From a virus: DNA of 64,000 bases. The stretch is from positions 1 to 64,000 of IMG/VR virus record IMGVR_UViG_3300035181_001055. One strand, given 5' to 3'. Shown piece after piece: positions 52,097-62,374 of the stretch; the first letter of the stretch is position 1, and each line of letters starts with the position of its first letter. The notes under the pieces are model-generated. The model was not told the DNA's origin. It did not search any database and was given only the letters and a program-made list of their open reading frames with translations. The position numbers and the translations under genes were made by a program.

Positions 52097-53100
52097 TGGC
52101 AACTCAAAGAACAGTTTTACCTAGCGATACGTTTAATTCATGGAGATTGACGACTAATCAGATCAGTTCAGATTTGGTTAGCACAGAATCAAATATCAAT
52201 AACAGCATCGGGAATTTAAGTTCTCTAACTACTTTTGTTAAGAGTAGTTTGGTTGATGCAACAAATGAGCTAGTTGCAAATATCGGTTCTCTTTCATCAT
52301 TAACAACTACTAGCAAAAGCAATGTCGTTTCCGCGATAAATGAACTCGTCTCTAGCTTAAATAATCTCAATTCGGTTTTATCTAATGAAATAGGAACATT
52401 ATCTTCGCTCTCAACTAGCGATAAAACCTCTCTGACTGCAGCTATTAACGAAGTTAACACCAATAGCATTTCTCGGGATGGTTCTCTTTCAACATTAAGT
52501 ACCACAGCAAAAGATAATCTAGTAAACGCAATTAATGAAGTCGACGCTCTAGCTTCAAGCACATCAACAAAGGTTGGTGATCTTACTAGCCTCTCTACTA
52601 CAGATAAAACTAGCGTAGTAAATGCGATTAATGAAGTCAACACCAACAGTATTTCTCGGGATGGAACTCTCTCATCTCTGAATACTACAGCTAAAGACAA
52701 TCTCGTGAATGCAATTAACGAAGTTAATACTAACAGCATTTCTCGTGACGGAAGTCTTTCAGCATTAAACACCACAGCTAAAGATAATCTAGTAAACGCA
52801 ATCAATGAAGTTGATTCTTTAGCTTCAAGCACATCAACAAAGGTCGGCGATCTTAGCAATCTATCAACTACAGACAAAACCAGCACAGTTAATGCAATTA
52901 ATGAGGTCAATACTAATAGTATTTCACGCGACGGCTCTCTTTCAACATTAAATACTACAGCAAAAGACAACTTAGTTAATGCAGTAAATGAATTGCTTAG
53001 CAAAATCGGTAACTTGACTTTGCTTCAAACAACTGATAAAAATAATTTGGTTGAAGCTATCAATGAACTGAAAGCAAATCAAACTTCACACGGATGGTAA
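52096..53100 (+). CDS. Fibre/whisker-like protein with 10 stalk repeats
   Basis: SDTFNSWR..TN N-terminus; G.L..L.T..K..LV.AINE x10 joined by VNTNSISR or VDxLASSTSTK linkers. Confidence 0.8.
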   Translation: MATQRTVLPSDTFNSWRLTTNQISSDLVSTESNINNSIGNLSSLTTFVKSSLVDATNELVANIGSLSSLTTTSKSNVVSAINELVSSLNNLNSVLSNEIGTLSSLSTSDKTSLTAAINEVNTNSISRDGSLSTLSTTAKDNLVNAINEVDALASSTSTKVGDLTSLSTTDKTSVVNAINEVNTNSISRDGTLSSLNTTAKDNLVNAINEVNTNSISRDGSLSALNTTAKDNLVNAINEVDSLASSTSTKVGDLSNLSTTDKTSTVNAINEVNTNSISRDGSLSTLNTTAKDNLVNAVNELLSKIGNLTLLQTTDKNNLVEAINELKANQTSHGW

Positions 53101-53104
53101 TTGA

Positions 53105-54502
53105 ATGGCAAAATTTCCTGTCAAATTTTACTACGGCGGCGGAACTTTTTTTGGAACAACCCAAAACGATTACCCTAAGCTGACCAATAGCCCAGGGAGT
53201 TTGATCTCTCTTCTCGACGCTGTTCTTGTTAACGGCTACGGAGACAAGACTGTAACATCATTGGTTGTTGATGCTAATAGAAAAGCAACCATAACAGCAA
53301 CAAATCACGGATATAATGTCCCAGCTCGTTTTGAAATATATGGCGCAGAACAAGCAGACATAAACGGCGAATGGGAAGTTGAATCGGTTCCTGATGCAAA
53401 CACCATTACTTTCACTGCACCTGCGAGTTTAGCGAATACTACCATAACAGGCAATGTGCATATACACGTTCCGCCTCTAGGGTGGGATAAAGTATTCAGT
53501 GACACAAACCGCGCAGTTTATCGCGCGCGAGTTGGGAATGGGCATTTTCTGTATATTGATGATAACGGAACTAATGGCGCATTGCCTGGAGCTTCAAAAG
53601 TTAGGCCATTTGAATATATGGGCAGCATCAACGAAGCTAGCAGCAACAGCTGGATGGCCTATGGGGACAGCTTAAAAAATTCAATCGTATTTACTAATTC
53701 AACTGGATCATCTATTGCTGCAAATCAAGCTGTCTGTTGGATGCATTACATAGACCCGAGTAATCAAGGTCCAACTGGAACATCAACTGACATTGGATGG
53801 ACGATCATTGGGTGCGATAGGTTCTTCTATCTTTATATCCAAAATATGTTCGGAAACAATACCGATCCTCACAGAACGCCATATATGTTTGGAGATTTCC
53901 CAAGTATCAAACTTGATGACAGGAAAAATGTAATCATCAAAGGCGCAGAATGTTTTGATCCCATATGGGCATATAATAATGATTATGGAAGAAAATCTGG
54001 CCGCCACTTTATTTTTCAAAAAGCAATCACAGGAAATTTTCTAGCTAGTGGATTTACACAAAATACTGGAAACAAATACTGGACATTAATGCCGCCAGGA
54101 TATGGGTTTAAAATTAATGATTGGGATTACCCAATAGGCTCATTCGATGGCCCAAGTATTGCACGAGGCCCAAATCCAGCATCAGGTGGCTATATTTTCA
54201 TGGGGCCTTGCTATCTATACGAAGATTATGAAGGGAATGAATTCGCTTCAGGAATGGCTTATTCTGTTCTCAGAGGATTTGCGCCTGGATTATATGTTGT
54301 ACCCACGAATTTTCTGACCACTGATTACACAAAAGCTCTTATTAAGCAAAATCAGCTACTGAATGATTCAAAAAATAGAAGATATATGGCTATGGGGGTT
54401 TACGGCAACTGGGCGAGCAGCTATTACGGCAGAATAGCATTCCATTTCATTAGTGTGGATGAAGATTGGTATGCAATAGACGGGACGGCACAACAACTAT
54501 GA
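53105..54502 (+). CDS. Putative tail fibre/receptor-binding protein 1
   Basis: PKL.N..GSLI..LDAVLVNG, LGW.K.FS.TN.AVYR conserved N-domain. Confidence 0.75.
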   Translation: MAKFPVKFYYGGGTFFGTTQNDYPKLTNSPGSLISLLDAVLVNGYGDKTVTSLVVDANRKATITATNHGYNVPARFEIYGAEQADINGEWEVESVPDANTITFTAPASLANTTITGNVHIHVPPLGWDKVFSDTNRAVYRARVGNGHFLYIDDNGTNGALPGASKVRPFEYMGSINEASSNSWMAYGDSLKNSIVFTNSTGSSIAANQAVCWMHYIDPSNQGPTGTSTDIGWTIIGCDRFFYLYIQNMFGNNTDPHRTPYMFGDFPSIKLDDRKNVIIKGAECFDPIWAYNNDYGRKSGRHFIFQKAITGNFLASGFTQNTGNKYWTLMPPGYGFKINDWDYPIGSFDGPSIARGPNPASGGYIFMGPCYLYEDYEGNEFASGMAYSVLRGFAPGLYVVPTNFLTTDYTKALIKQNQLLNDSKNRRYMAMGVYGNWASSYYGRIAFHFISVDEDWYAIDGTAQQL

Positions 54503-55791
54503 CAGCTTTTCTAATCAAACACTACTGGCATACTCCAGGAATGGGGTCAATGAATGCAAATAAAGCGCCAAAGCTATCAAATAGCGCAGGTAGCCTTATC
54601 ACAGTTCTTGACGCGGTTCTTGTCAACGGCTTCGGCAGCGCGATAGTTTCAATGTCAATCCATCCAACAGACGTTAACAAAGCAGTCATTACTGAAAATA
54701 ACCATGGCTACTCGTTAACAACACGAATAAAGGTGGATGGCTGCGATAACACCGCATTCAATACTGAGTTTGAAATTATTGATATTCCAGACGCAAACAC
54801 ATATGTTATCGACGTGACTGGATTGCATTCGCAAGCTGCTGGGACGCCTGTCACGACGAGTAGCAACATTACTGTGATAATTCCAAGTCTAGGCTGGACC
54901 AAAGAGTTTAGTGGGACAAATTTAGCTGTATATAGAACGAAAGGCGGGAATCGTCGTTATCTTTGGTTAGATGATTCCGAAAGTACAAACGGATTCGCTA
55001 AAGTCCGCGGCGCTTGGGGAGCACAAGGGGCAAATGAAAGTAATTTGATTTCCCCATTCCCGAGCTTCGACCAAGCGGCGTCGGGTTCTCCGCCTAGGTG
55101 GTATCATCGAATTGATTCAGGCAATACAGGGTCTTGGGGCACTACAACCGATATTGGCTGGACAATCATTGGAACAGATAGGTTTTTCTTTCTGAGCACC
55201 CATTACTACAGCGGTCAGAATATTGTATGCAACACCGATTGCTCAAGAAATGTTTATGTATTCGGAGATGTCAACGTTTACAATCAATCTGACACATCGG
55301 CCACAGTGCTAGCTGGCGGTCAGAATTCTCCTCCTGGTGACTGGATCCAAATAAACTACACATCTACCTTCAGCTCTTGGCTTCAAGGCTATGACTATCG
55401 TCAAACTTTTTCAGGGACTTGGGGCAATCTGCAAGCACCGACCCGTTTTAGAATGGCGCCACCTTTCGCTGATTGCGTAAATTGGTCCAATGGCGGTGTT
55501 GGCTTAGGCAGAGGATTATTTAACTTGAATCCTTTTCTCGATCAGATCCCAATTGGTCAACCCGTAATTTTAACGGACGACGTAACTAATAGCATCAGAG
55601 CAGAGTTGCCAGGAATGGCTGTCACACCAGTATACTTGAATGGAATCTATCAGCAAAACAACATCATAAATGTCAATGGCGTAAGATACATGTATATGGC
55701 CACTAAGTATACATCAGGCGCAAACACTGTTGACGGGCATTTTCTTGTTCAGATTGACGGCGATATGCACACATTGAAAGGGACGATGTAA
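54499..55791 (+). CDS. Putative tail fibre/receptor-binding protein 2
   Basis: Same N-domain; ATGA overlap. Confidence 0.75.
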   Translation: MTAFLIKHYWHTPGMGSMNANKAPKLSNSAGSLITVLDAVLVNGFGSAIVSMSIHPTDVNKAVITENNHGYSLTTRIKVDGCDNTAFNTEFEIIDIPDANTYVIDVTGLHSQAAGTPVTTSSNITVIIPSLGWTKEFSGTNLAVYRTKGGNRRYLWLDDSESTNGFAKVRGAWGAQGANESNLISPFPSFDQAASGSPPRWYHRIDSGNTGSWGTTTDIGWTIIGTDRFFFLSTHYYSGQNIVCNTDCSRNVYVFGDVNVYNQSDTSATVLAGGQNSPPGDWIQINYTSTFSSWLQGYDYRQTFSGTWGNLQAPTRFRMAPPFADCVNWSNGGVGLGRGLFNLNPFLDQIPIGQPVILTDDVTNSIRAELPGMAVTPVYLNGIYQQNNIINVNGVRYMYMATKYTSGANTVDGHFLVQIDGDMHTLKGTM

Positions 55792-57062
55792 TGCCACAAG
55801 ACACATCAGTTAAATTCTTCTTCGGAAATCCTTTTTATCGAATTCACACAAATGCCCCTAAACTTTCAATGAATGCAGGCGGTCTAATAGCTATTCTAGA
55901 CGCATGTTTGGTTAACGGATTTGGGCAAGTTACGGCAACGTCCTTGACGATTGACGCATACGGTATCGCAACCTTAACAACTTCAGCTGCACACGGGTAT
56001 CAAAGACCAGAAACTAGAATACTCATACAAGGCGCAGACCAGACTGCACTGAATAGAGAATGGATCATCAAAGACATACCGACGTCAACCACTTTGCGAT
56101 TTGATGCTTCTGGTCTGAATCTAGAGAATAGTACAGCAACAGGAACAATTACTTGCGCGATTGCGCCACTTGGATGGACAAAAGAATATTCTGGAACAAA
56201 TTTAGCCGTTTATCGCGCGAAAGGCGGCAACCGCCCTTATCTCTATATTGACGACACATCATCATTCAGCAGAGTTCGAGGCTATAGGAGCATGACCTCT
56301 TTGACAAACGGAACAGATCCATTTCCGACAGATATTCAAATGAGCGGAGGAGGATATTGGAATCATTTTTGCAATTCTTACTACTACGGCAATTCTAGCT
56401 CTGGGACAGATTTATCATGGCATCTTGTTGGAGATGATAGATTTTTTTATCTAGGATGCACTTTTTATTGTCACGACGGATGCTATGATAAGTATCGTCA
56501 GCAATTATACAGATCATGCTATTTCTTCGGGGAATTTCCTTCATATAAAACAAATGATATCAATAATTTGGCAATTCAACACGCTCGCGGACAAGTTTCT
56601 TCTAACTACGGGAATGCACATGATGGTACAATTCAAGATGAATTTTATTTTTGGGCAAATTATCAAGGAAAACATCTGATAGGAAGAGCTGACAACACTC
56701 CATACTCACAGGCAAGATTCACTCTTTCCGCGCCTCTTGGATATCTTACAAACTCGTCAACAACAAACGATAGCATTGCGAGTCGATATTCAACACTGTC
56801 TAAAAGAAATATAATAACAGGCGGAGGGATTCATTTCGCATATCCAACCGCAATTATTTCAGAGACTGAAGGGATTCGCGGCTATATGCCAGGACTTTAT
56901 TTTTCCGCTCAATCCTGTTACTGGGGAGATTCCGTTTTCTACGAAGATACGATATTCACAGACAGCGCAGGGAGAAAATTTTTCGTGGCACCTCATGCTA
57001 ATGGCTCTTACCAAGGCACATTCTATTTCATAAGAATAGATACGAATTGGAGAAGTATCTGA
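55791..57062 (+). CDS. Putative tail fibre/receptor-binding protein 3
   Basis: Same N-domain (LDACLVNGFG, LGWTKEYSGTNLAVYR). Confidence 0.75.
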   Translation: MPQDTSVKFFFGNPFYRIHTNAPKLSMNAGGLIAILDACLVNGFGQVTATSLTIDAYGIATLTTSAAHGYQRPETRILIQGADQTALNREWIIKDIPTSTTLRFDASGLNLENSTATGTITCAIAPLGWTKEYSGTNLAVYRAKGGNRPYLYIDDTSSFSRVRGYRSMTSLTNGTDPFPTDIQMSGGGYWNHFCNSYYYGNSSSGTDLSWHLVGDDRFFYLGCTFYCHDGCYDKYRQQLYRSCYFFGEFPSYKTNDINNLAIQHARGQVSSNYGNAHDGTIQDEFYFWANYQGKHLIGRADNTPYSQARFTLSAPLGYLTNSSTTNDSIASRYSTLSKRNIITGGGIHFAYPTAIISETEGIRGYMPGLYFSAQSCYWGDSVFYEDTIFTDSAGRKFFVAPHANGSYQGTFYFIRIDTNWRSI

Positions 57063-57071
57063 GGAATTAAC

Positions 57072-59114
57072 ATGAGCATTTCTTTTGCCGCACCATCTCA
57101 AGATAGTCTTCAATCATATGTCTCATTGGAGATTTTATTTGATACGCCATTAAAACTCATCAATTTCTCAAAATATGTTCTCAACAGAGAATATTATAAT
57201 AGCGGGTGTTCATTCGCACCTGGTTTAACTTTTACAACTTCATCCGTATATCAAGGATCAGTCTATTTCGATGGAAATGACGGATTAGGTTTTAATAATT
57301 CGTCGGCTTTTAATTTTGGGTCATCAGATTTCTGTATAGAAGCTTGGGTTAAAGTTGACGCGGGCAGTGGAGGATTTCGCTGTATAGCATCAACTATTAG
57401 AAACACTGCAAATTCTGTTGCAGGAGGAGGAGCTCTTGTAGCGGGAATAGGGGGGTGGGGGAGCTCAGGCGACGAATCAAGTGGGGGCGCTATAACTACC
57501 CCAGGAGATTCAGGAACTCTCGGTCAAGGGGGATCGGGTCATGGATCGCGCGCTGGCGGCGGAGGCGGAGGCGGAGGAGGAGGGTATTATGGCGGCGGCG
57601 CTGGGTGTGCTGGCGGAAGCATATATGGAGGATATTGTTCAGGTGGTGGCGGAGGTGGGTCAAATTTCATTTCAAGCAGTTTTTCAAATGCAATTTCTAA
57701 AAAAGGAAGCGAGTCATTCGCTCTCAGTGACGGTTCAATATCCACAGGAAATCCAGGAGACGGCTATGCTAGAATCACGCGTTCGAGCGATAACACAGTA
57801 ACTAATTTTTCATACACTGGATCACCACAATCTTTCTCAGTTCCAGCTGACGATGATTACACGATTGAAGTATGGGGAGCTCAGGGTGAAGGATCAACCG
57901 CTGTCACACCAGTTGATGGCGGGAAAGGCGGATATTGTTCAGGGAATATTTTTCTCACTGCAAATACAGTCCTAAACATATACGTCGGCGGACAAAATGG
58001 ATACAATGGCGGAGGCGCTGGCGGCCTTTGCAGTGGCAAAAATAGCGGTTCTGAAAGCGGCGGGAATGGCGGCGGCGCGACAGATGTTAGATTAAATGGA
58101 AACGCGCTTTCTGATAGAATTATTGTTGCTGGGGGTGGCGGCGGGACAGGCGGAGCAGGAAGTGTATATATTGCTCAAGGAATCACGCCTATAGGTGCTG
58201 GCGGAGCAGCGGGAGAAAATGGGCATAGTGCGGGTAACCCAAACGGCTGGGCTCTCTTTGTCGATGAGACCGCTAAATGTTTCTGGGCATATATAACATA
58301 TACTGATGGTAGTTATGATATGATAAGAGAGAATGCTGATCAGCTCGACACGTCTGTTTGGAATCATGTAGCCTTAGTTAGGTTTGGGCCAACAATATCA
58401 TTGTACAGAAACGGCATACAAACAGGTAGTGTTTCATGCGGAACAAAATCGTTGATGACAAACTCATCAGGATATTGCTATATTGGGTGTTATAGAGACG
58501 ATGAAGGACAGCAAATCACAGGACTACTCGCTTCACTTAAAGGAAACTTAAACGATGTCCGCATCACAATAGGAAACGCCAGATATACCAGCAATTTCAC
58601 GCCACCTAGTGCTTTCGGAACATCAATCCATACTATCAATCTAAGCATCGGCGATGCCCTAACATATACAGCCCCTTACCCAAATTTCAACCAACAGCAG
58701 AAGCCGTTTGGACAGAAGTTTAAACTATCATATACAGATCCTTATCCGAATCTCAACCCGTATCAATTTACGTCATTTAATCAAAAGTTCATTACAACTA
58801 GAACTGATGAAACGCAATCGTCTCCTAAATCCTCAATTGTCGTAAGCGGAAATAGAGCATCAGGTCCTCAGGATTTTGCTGGATTTGGAAAAATTTATGG
58901 AACTGTTACAGAAACAACATTGCCAATCGCATGCCAACTGAGACTCTATGATAACAGTAGCGGAGCATTGATCGCAGAAACCAAGAGTGACGCAAACGGG
59001 AAATATAATTTTGAGAACTTGAAAATGTCGAAAACATATACGCTGGTGGCATATGATCCAACAAAAAACTATAACAGTATTATAAGAGATTTGATAAAAC
59101 CAGAGAGAATGTAA
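57072..59114 (+). CDS. LamG-domain fibre-associated protein with glycine-rich insertion
   Basis: DFCIEAWVK ... WNHVALVR split by a Gly-rich domain; C-terminal beta-sandwich like that of 34366. Confidence 0.75.
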   Translation: MSISFAAPSQDSLQSYVSLEILFDTPLKLINFSKYVLNREYYNSGCSFAPGLTFTTSSVYQGSVYFDGNDGLGFNNSSAFNFGSSDFCIEAWVKVDAGSGGFRCIASTIRNTANSVAGGGALVAGIGGWGSSGDESSGGAITTPGDSGTLGQGGSGHGSRAGGGGGGGGGGYYGGGAGCAGGSIYGGYCSGGGGGGSNFISSSFSNAISKKGSESFALSDGSISTGNPGDGYARITRSSDNTVTNFSYTGSPQSFSVPADDDYTIEVWGAQGEGSTAVTPVDGGKGGYCSGNIFLTANTVLNIYVGGQNGYNGGGAGGLCSGKNSGSESGGNGGGATDVRLNGNALSDRIIVAGGGGGTGGAGSVYIAQGITPIGAGGAAGENGHSAGNPNGWALFVDETAKCFWAYITYTDGSYDMIRENADQLDTSVWNHVALVRFGPTISLYRNGIQTGSVSCGTKSLMTNSSGYCYIGCYRDDEGQQITGLLASLKGNLNDVRITIGNARYTSNFTPPSAFGTSIHTINLSIGDALTYTAPYPNFNQQQKPFGQKFKLSYTDPYPNLNPYQFTSFNQKFITTRTDETQSSPKSSIVVSGNRASGPQDFAGFGKIYGTVTETTLPIACQLRLYDNSSGALIAETKSDANGKYNFENLKMSKTYTLVAYDPTKNYNSIIRDLIKPERM

Positions 59115-59126
59115 TCCTGTCATTGC

Positions 59127-59134
59127 CATAAATA
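59127..59134 (+). promoter_or_regulatory. Late promoter (CATAAATA)
   Basis: Intergenic, upstream of gp13. Confidence 0.6.
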
Positions 59135-59159
59135 AAAACAAGAATACAAGGATCTAAGT

Positions 59160-59903
59160 ATGGCAATAATATACTCAAGACAACAGTTCGCTGAATACTG
59201 CTTAAGAAAACTTGGCGCGCCAGTCATTGAAATCAACGTCGCCGACGAGCAAGTAGACGATTGCATCGATGATGCGCTGCAAAAATTTTGGGAATTCCAT
59301 GGCGACGGAGCTCAAAGGAATTTCTTAACAGTTACTTTGACTGCTCAGGATATAGCGAACAAGTATATCACTATACCAGATAATATCATAACAATCATTA
59401 AAGTTCTTCCGCTTGACGCAAATGGCCTAAGTAGTGTTAATCTCGAGTATCAGTTCTTCTTGACCGAGATCATGAACGCAAGAAGAATTATGAGCGACGG
59501 CATTAGCGGCTATGTCATAACTGAACAGTATCTTCAAACTATAAACGAGTTCTTCAATCGCGAAAAGATGATTCGTTGGAACAAACATTCCAATCTTCTT
59601 TTTTTGGATACTGACTGGTCGACATTGAAAGTAGGAGACAATATTGTAATTGAAGCATACGCGATTCTCGATCCTGATGATTTCGATGATGTATGGAATG
59701 ATATGTGGCTGAAAGCATATGCAACTGCGCTTATGAAGCGTCAATGGGGTCAGAATATGCTCAAGTACGACGGGTTCCAGTTGCCAGCGGGCATAACACT
59801 GAATGGCAGACAGCTTTTCGATGACGCGAACGCCGAGATTCAAAAACTCGAGGATGATCTGCAAAATATTTGGCAGCTCCCGATTGACTTCATGGTGGGA
59901 TAA
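59160..59903 (+). CDS. gp13: Neck protein
   Basis: YCLRKLGAPVIEINV..EQ.DDCIDDA, WLK.YATAL.KRQWG.N..K..G.QLP.G..LNG. Confidence 0.95.
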   Translation: MAIIYSRQQFAEYCLRKLGAPVIEINVADEQVDDCIDDALQKFWEFHGDGAQRNFLTVTLTAQDIANKYITIPDNIITIIKVLPLDANGLSSVNLEYQFFLTEIMNARRIMSDGISGYVITEQYLQTINEFFNREKMIRWNKHSNLLFLDTDWSTLKVGDNIVIEAYAILDPDDFDDVWNDMWLKAYATALMKRQWGQNMLKYDGFQLPAGITLNGRQLFDDANAEIQKLEDDLQNIWQLPIDFMVG

Positions 59904-60548
59904 ATGGCAACTAATCCATATTTCAACCACCTGAAAAATAAATCTGAACAGTCTTTCTATGAAGACATAGTGATTGAGAGTATCAAGAATGCAGGGATAG
60001 ACGTCTTTTATATTCCTAGAGAATATCTAGAAATTGACCCAGTTCTTGGCGAACCTAACCAATCGAGATTCAATTCTGCATTCAGTATTGAAGTTTATTT
60101 ACAAGAAGTGACTGGTTACGGCGGCGAAGGCGACTTGATGTCGAAATTCGGATTGCAGATGACAGACACTGCTACATTTATGATGAGCAGAAAGAGATTC
60201 AATGACTTGAACATCCCTAATAGAATCAGACCTCGAGAAGGTGATCTGATTTACGTAGGTGACACTGAAAATTCAGGCTATGGCTCATTCACGAACAGCT
60301 TTTTTGAAATAAAGTACGTTGAGCATGAATCGCCTTTTTGGCAATTAGGAAGATACTTTGTGTTTGAATTGAAATGTCAATTGTTCACATACTCGTATGA
60401 GAAATTCAATACTGGTAATTCCGCAATTGATAATCTGAACAATAACGACAACGCAGCCGATCTTTCGGTGGCGATAAACAGTGCTCTTGAAACTAAGAAG
60501 AGCACTCTAATTGATTTCACAGAAAAGAATCCTTTCGGTGACCTATAA
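59904..60548 (+). CDS. gp14: Neck protein
   Basis: G.DV.YIPRE, G..DL.SKFG, RP.EGDLIY, FEIKYVEHE.PF.QLG, EKNPFG. Confidence 0.95.
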   Translation: MATNPYFNHLKNKSEQSFYEDIVIESIKNAGIDVFYIPREYLEIDPVLGEPNQSRFNSAFSIEVYLQEVTGYGGEGDLMSKFGLQMTDTATFMMSRKRFNDLNIPNRIRPREGDLIYVGDTENSGYGSFTNSFFEIKYVEHESPFWQLGRYFVFELKCQLFTYSYEKFNTGNSAIDNLNNNDNAADLSVAINSALETKKSTLIDFTEKNPFGDL

Positions 60549-61273
60549 TGCCACGTCCAGTATTTTATTACAATACAATCAAGAATTTGATTGTCACTTT
60601 TGGAACTGTCTTTGATGACATCAGATTTATCAACGATGAGGGGATCGAAATAAAAGTCCCTATACATTATGCGCCGAAAGAAAAATTCGTTTCATATTTC
60701 ACTGAAAAGCCAGACTTTGACCAACTCGACATTGAAATTCAGTTACCAAGAATGGCATTTGAAATCAGCGGTCTTAATTTTGCATCTAATAGATTCGTCA
60801 ATCCTTTGAGCAGAATTAAGGATCCAACGATAGATGAAAAGAAGTACATGTTCAGCAGAATTCCGTATGATTTTCAATTCAATCTATATGTTGCCACTAA
60901 GAAATTTGAAGATAGCTTGAAAATTGTCGAGCAAATAGTTCCGTTCTTCACACCTGAATTGAATGTGACGATAAAGGATAAAGATGATTTTAGTCTTCAA
61001 ACTGACGTGCCTATCGTTTTGAATAGTGTCAGCTTCGATATCCAATATGAAGGATCTTATGACACGAAAAGAACTATCATGTGGACACTAGGATTCACAC
61101 TCAAAGGATGGCTATACGGAGATGTGAAGCAACAAAATGTCATCAAGGAAACGATAACAAATCTCACGCAGCTTGACATCAACAATAAATTTGAGACTTT
61201 GATAAGTGAAGTTGTGCCTAGAACTGCAAGCGAAAATGATCCGCACGAAATTGTGGATAGAACGGTCGAATGA
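60548..61273 (+). CDS. gp15: Tail sheath terminator
   Basis: FGT.F.DI, VPIHYAPKEK, LPRM.FE, QI.PFF.P, WTL.F. Confidence 0.93.
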   Translation: MPRPVFYYNTIKNLIVTFGTVFDDIRFINDEGIEIKVPIHYAPKEKFVSYFTEKPDFDQLDIEIQLPRMAFEISGLNFASNRFVNPLSRIKDPTIDEKKYMFSRIPYDFQFNLYVATKKFEDSLKIVEQIVPFFTPELNVTIKDKDDFSLQTDVPIVLNSVSFDIQYEGSYDTKRTIMWTLGFTLKGWLYGDVKQQNVIKETITNLTQLDINNKFETLISEVVPRTASENDPHEIVDRTVE

Positions 61274-61746
61274 TGGATAAGATTTCACAAGCGCTAGGAA
61301 CTGCTACTGGTGTAGAAAATGATGTTGAAGCTTCAACAAATGTAGCACCATATGTAAAGAATGAAGTTATAGATTTGCCAGATAAATATCAAGAAATTAA
61401 AAACAATCTAGGTGAAGATTATGACTTTGCGAGAAGTAACTTAAGAAAAGTGCTAGAACATGCGATGTCACTGCTACCTAATGCAATATCATTAGCACGT
61501 GAAGCAGAAAGTCCAAGGATTTACGAAAGCACATCGGTTTTTATTAAAACGATTGCTGATATAAATAAAGATCTGCTTGAAATATCTGAACGTAATTTGA
61601 AACAAGGTTCTGGTAATAATAAAATCAATAGTCCACAAGAACAATCAGGTGTCGTAAATAATAACGCGATATTCGTTGGTACAACTGATGATTTATTCGC
61701 AAAATTACTTCAAGTTAGCAACGTAATTGATGATGGAAGTTTTTAG
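61270..61746 (+). CDS. gp16: Terminase small subunit
   Basis: DYDFAR.NL, ESPR.YE, NNNAIFVG.T.DL. Confidence 0.88.
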   Translation: MMDKISQALGTATGVENDVEASTNVAPYVKNEVIDLPDKYQEIKNNLGEDYDFARSNLRKVLEHAMSLLPNAISLAREAESPRIYESTSVFIKTIADINKDLLEISERNLKQGSGNNKINSPQEQSGVVNNNAIFVGTTDDLFAKLLQVSNVIDDGSF

Positions 61747-61852
61747 ATCTAATAAGAACCTAGACCCTTGCGTCAAATGTTTTTAAAGATCTAGATATTT
61801 CAAGCGATTTAATAGCGTTAGATCTTATCTACACTAGCTAATGTTACAAGTT

Positions 61853-61914
61853 AGCGACTCGCTTCACTCGTCGCTGCGTTCGTTGAATTGACTCGCTTCA
61901 CTCGTCAATTCAAC
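61853..61914. repeat. Two hairpins with an identical 11-nt loop (TCGCTTCACTC)
   Basis: AGCGAC/GTCGCT stem 61853-75; GTTGAATTGAC/GTCAATTCAAC stem 61882-914. Confidence 0.85.
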
Positions 61915-61974
61915 TCACGCATGATTTTTATTTGTGCTAAATTTTATCTAGAATTAATTTAATACATAGTATTC

Positions 61975-62368
61975 CACGGGGAGAGTTACATATCTCTCTG
62001 GCTCCCGTTACCTCGAATGCGCACCAACGCATTCATCGCCTGTGATTCATGATCGACATTCGTTTTGAACGCATGCCTACTGATGAATCCTGCCGTCTCA
62101 ATGTTCTTGACTTTTGCGGATCAGTCTTGAGCATCTACCAGCAAATGCTGTCGGCACCTTTGTCGCCCGTATGGGCCAAGATAAGTAGCAAGAACCAGTA
62201 CTACACTACTTACCTACCGCTTTCTGTCAACAACTGATAACCGTGGTCGTTGATCGCTTAGCTGCTGCCTTAGGCTTACTTGCGGTCTCCCTAATAGGCT
62301 TGTGACTTGAGGGAGTATCACTTAAGCATGATGATCGTACGCGCGTGCGCGCGACTGGTTTGTATCTT
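61975..62368 (-). ncRNA. Candidate large structured non-coding RNA
   Basis: Downstream of a perfect antisense sigma70 promoter; at least seven helices visible by eye; no convincing ORF. Confidence 0.5.
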
Positions 62369-62374
62369 CTTCAT

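Noticed and set aside
53105-57062. Diversity-generating retroelement targeting the fibre genes
   Set aside because: No reverse transcriptase and no near-identical template/variable repeat pair differing at adenines is visible in the window.
62049-62237. 62-aa plus-strand ORF in the gp16-gp17 gap
   Set aside because: No RBS or recognisable motif; the sequence is better explained by base pairing and the antisense promoter.
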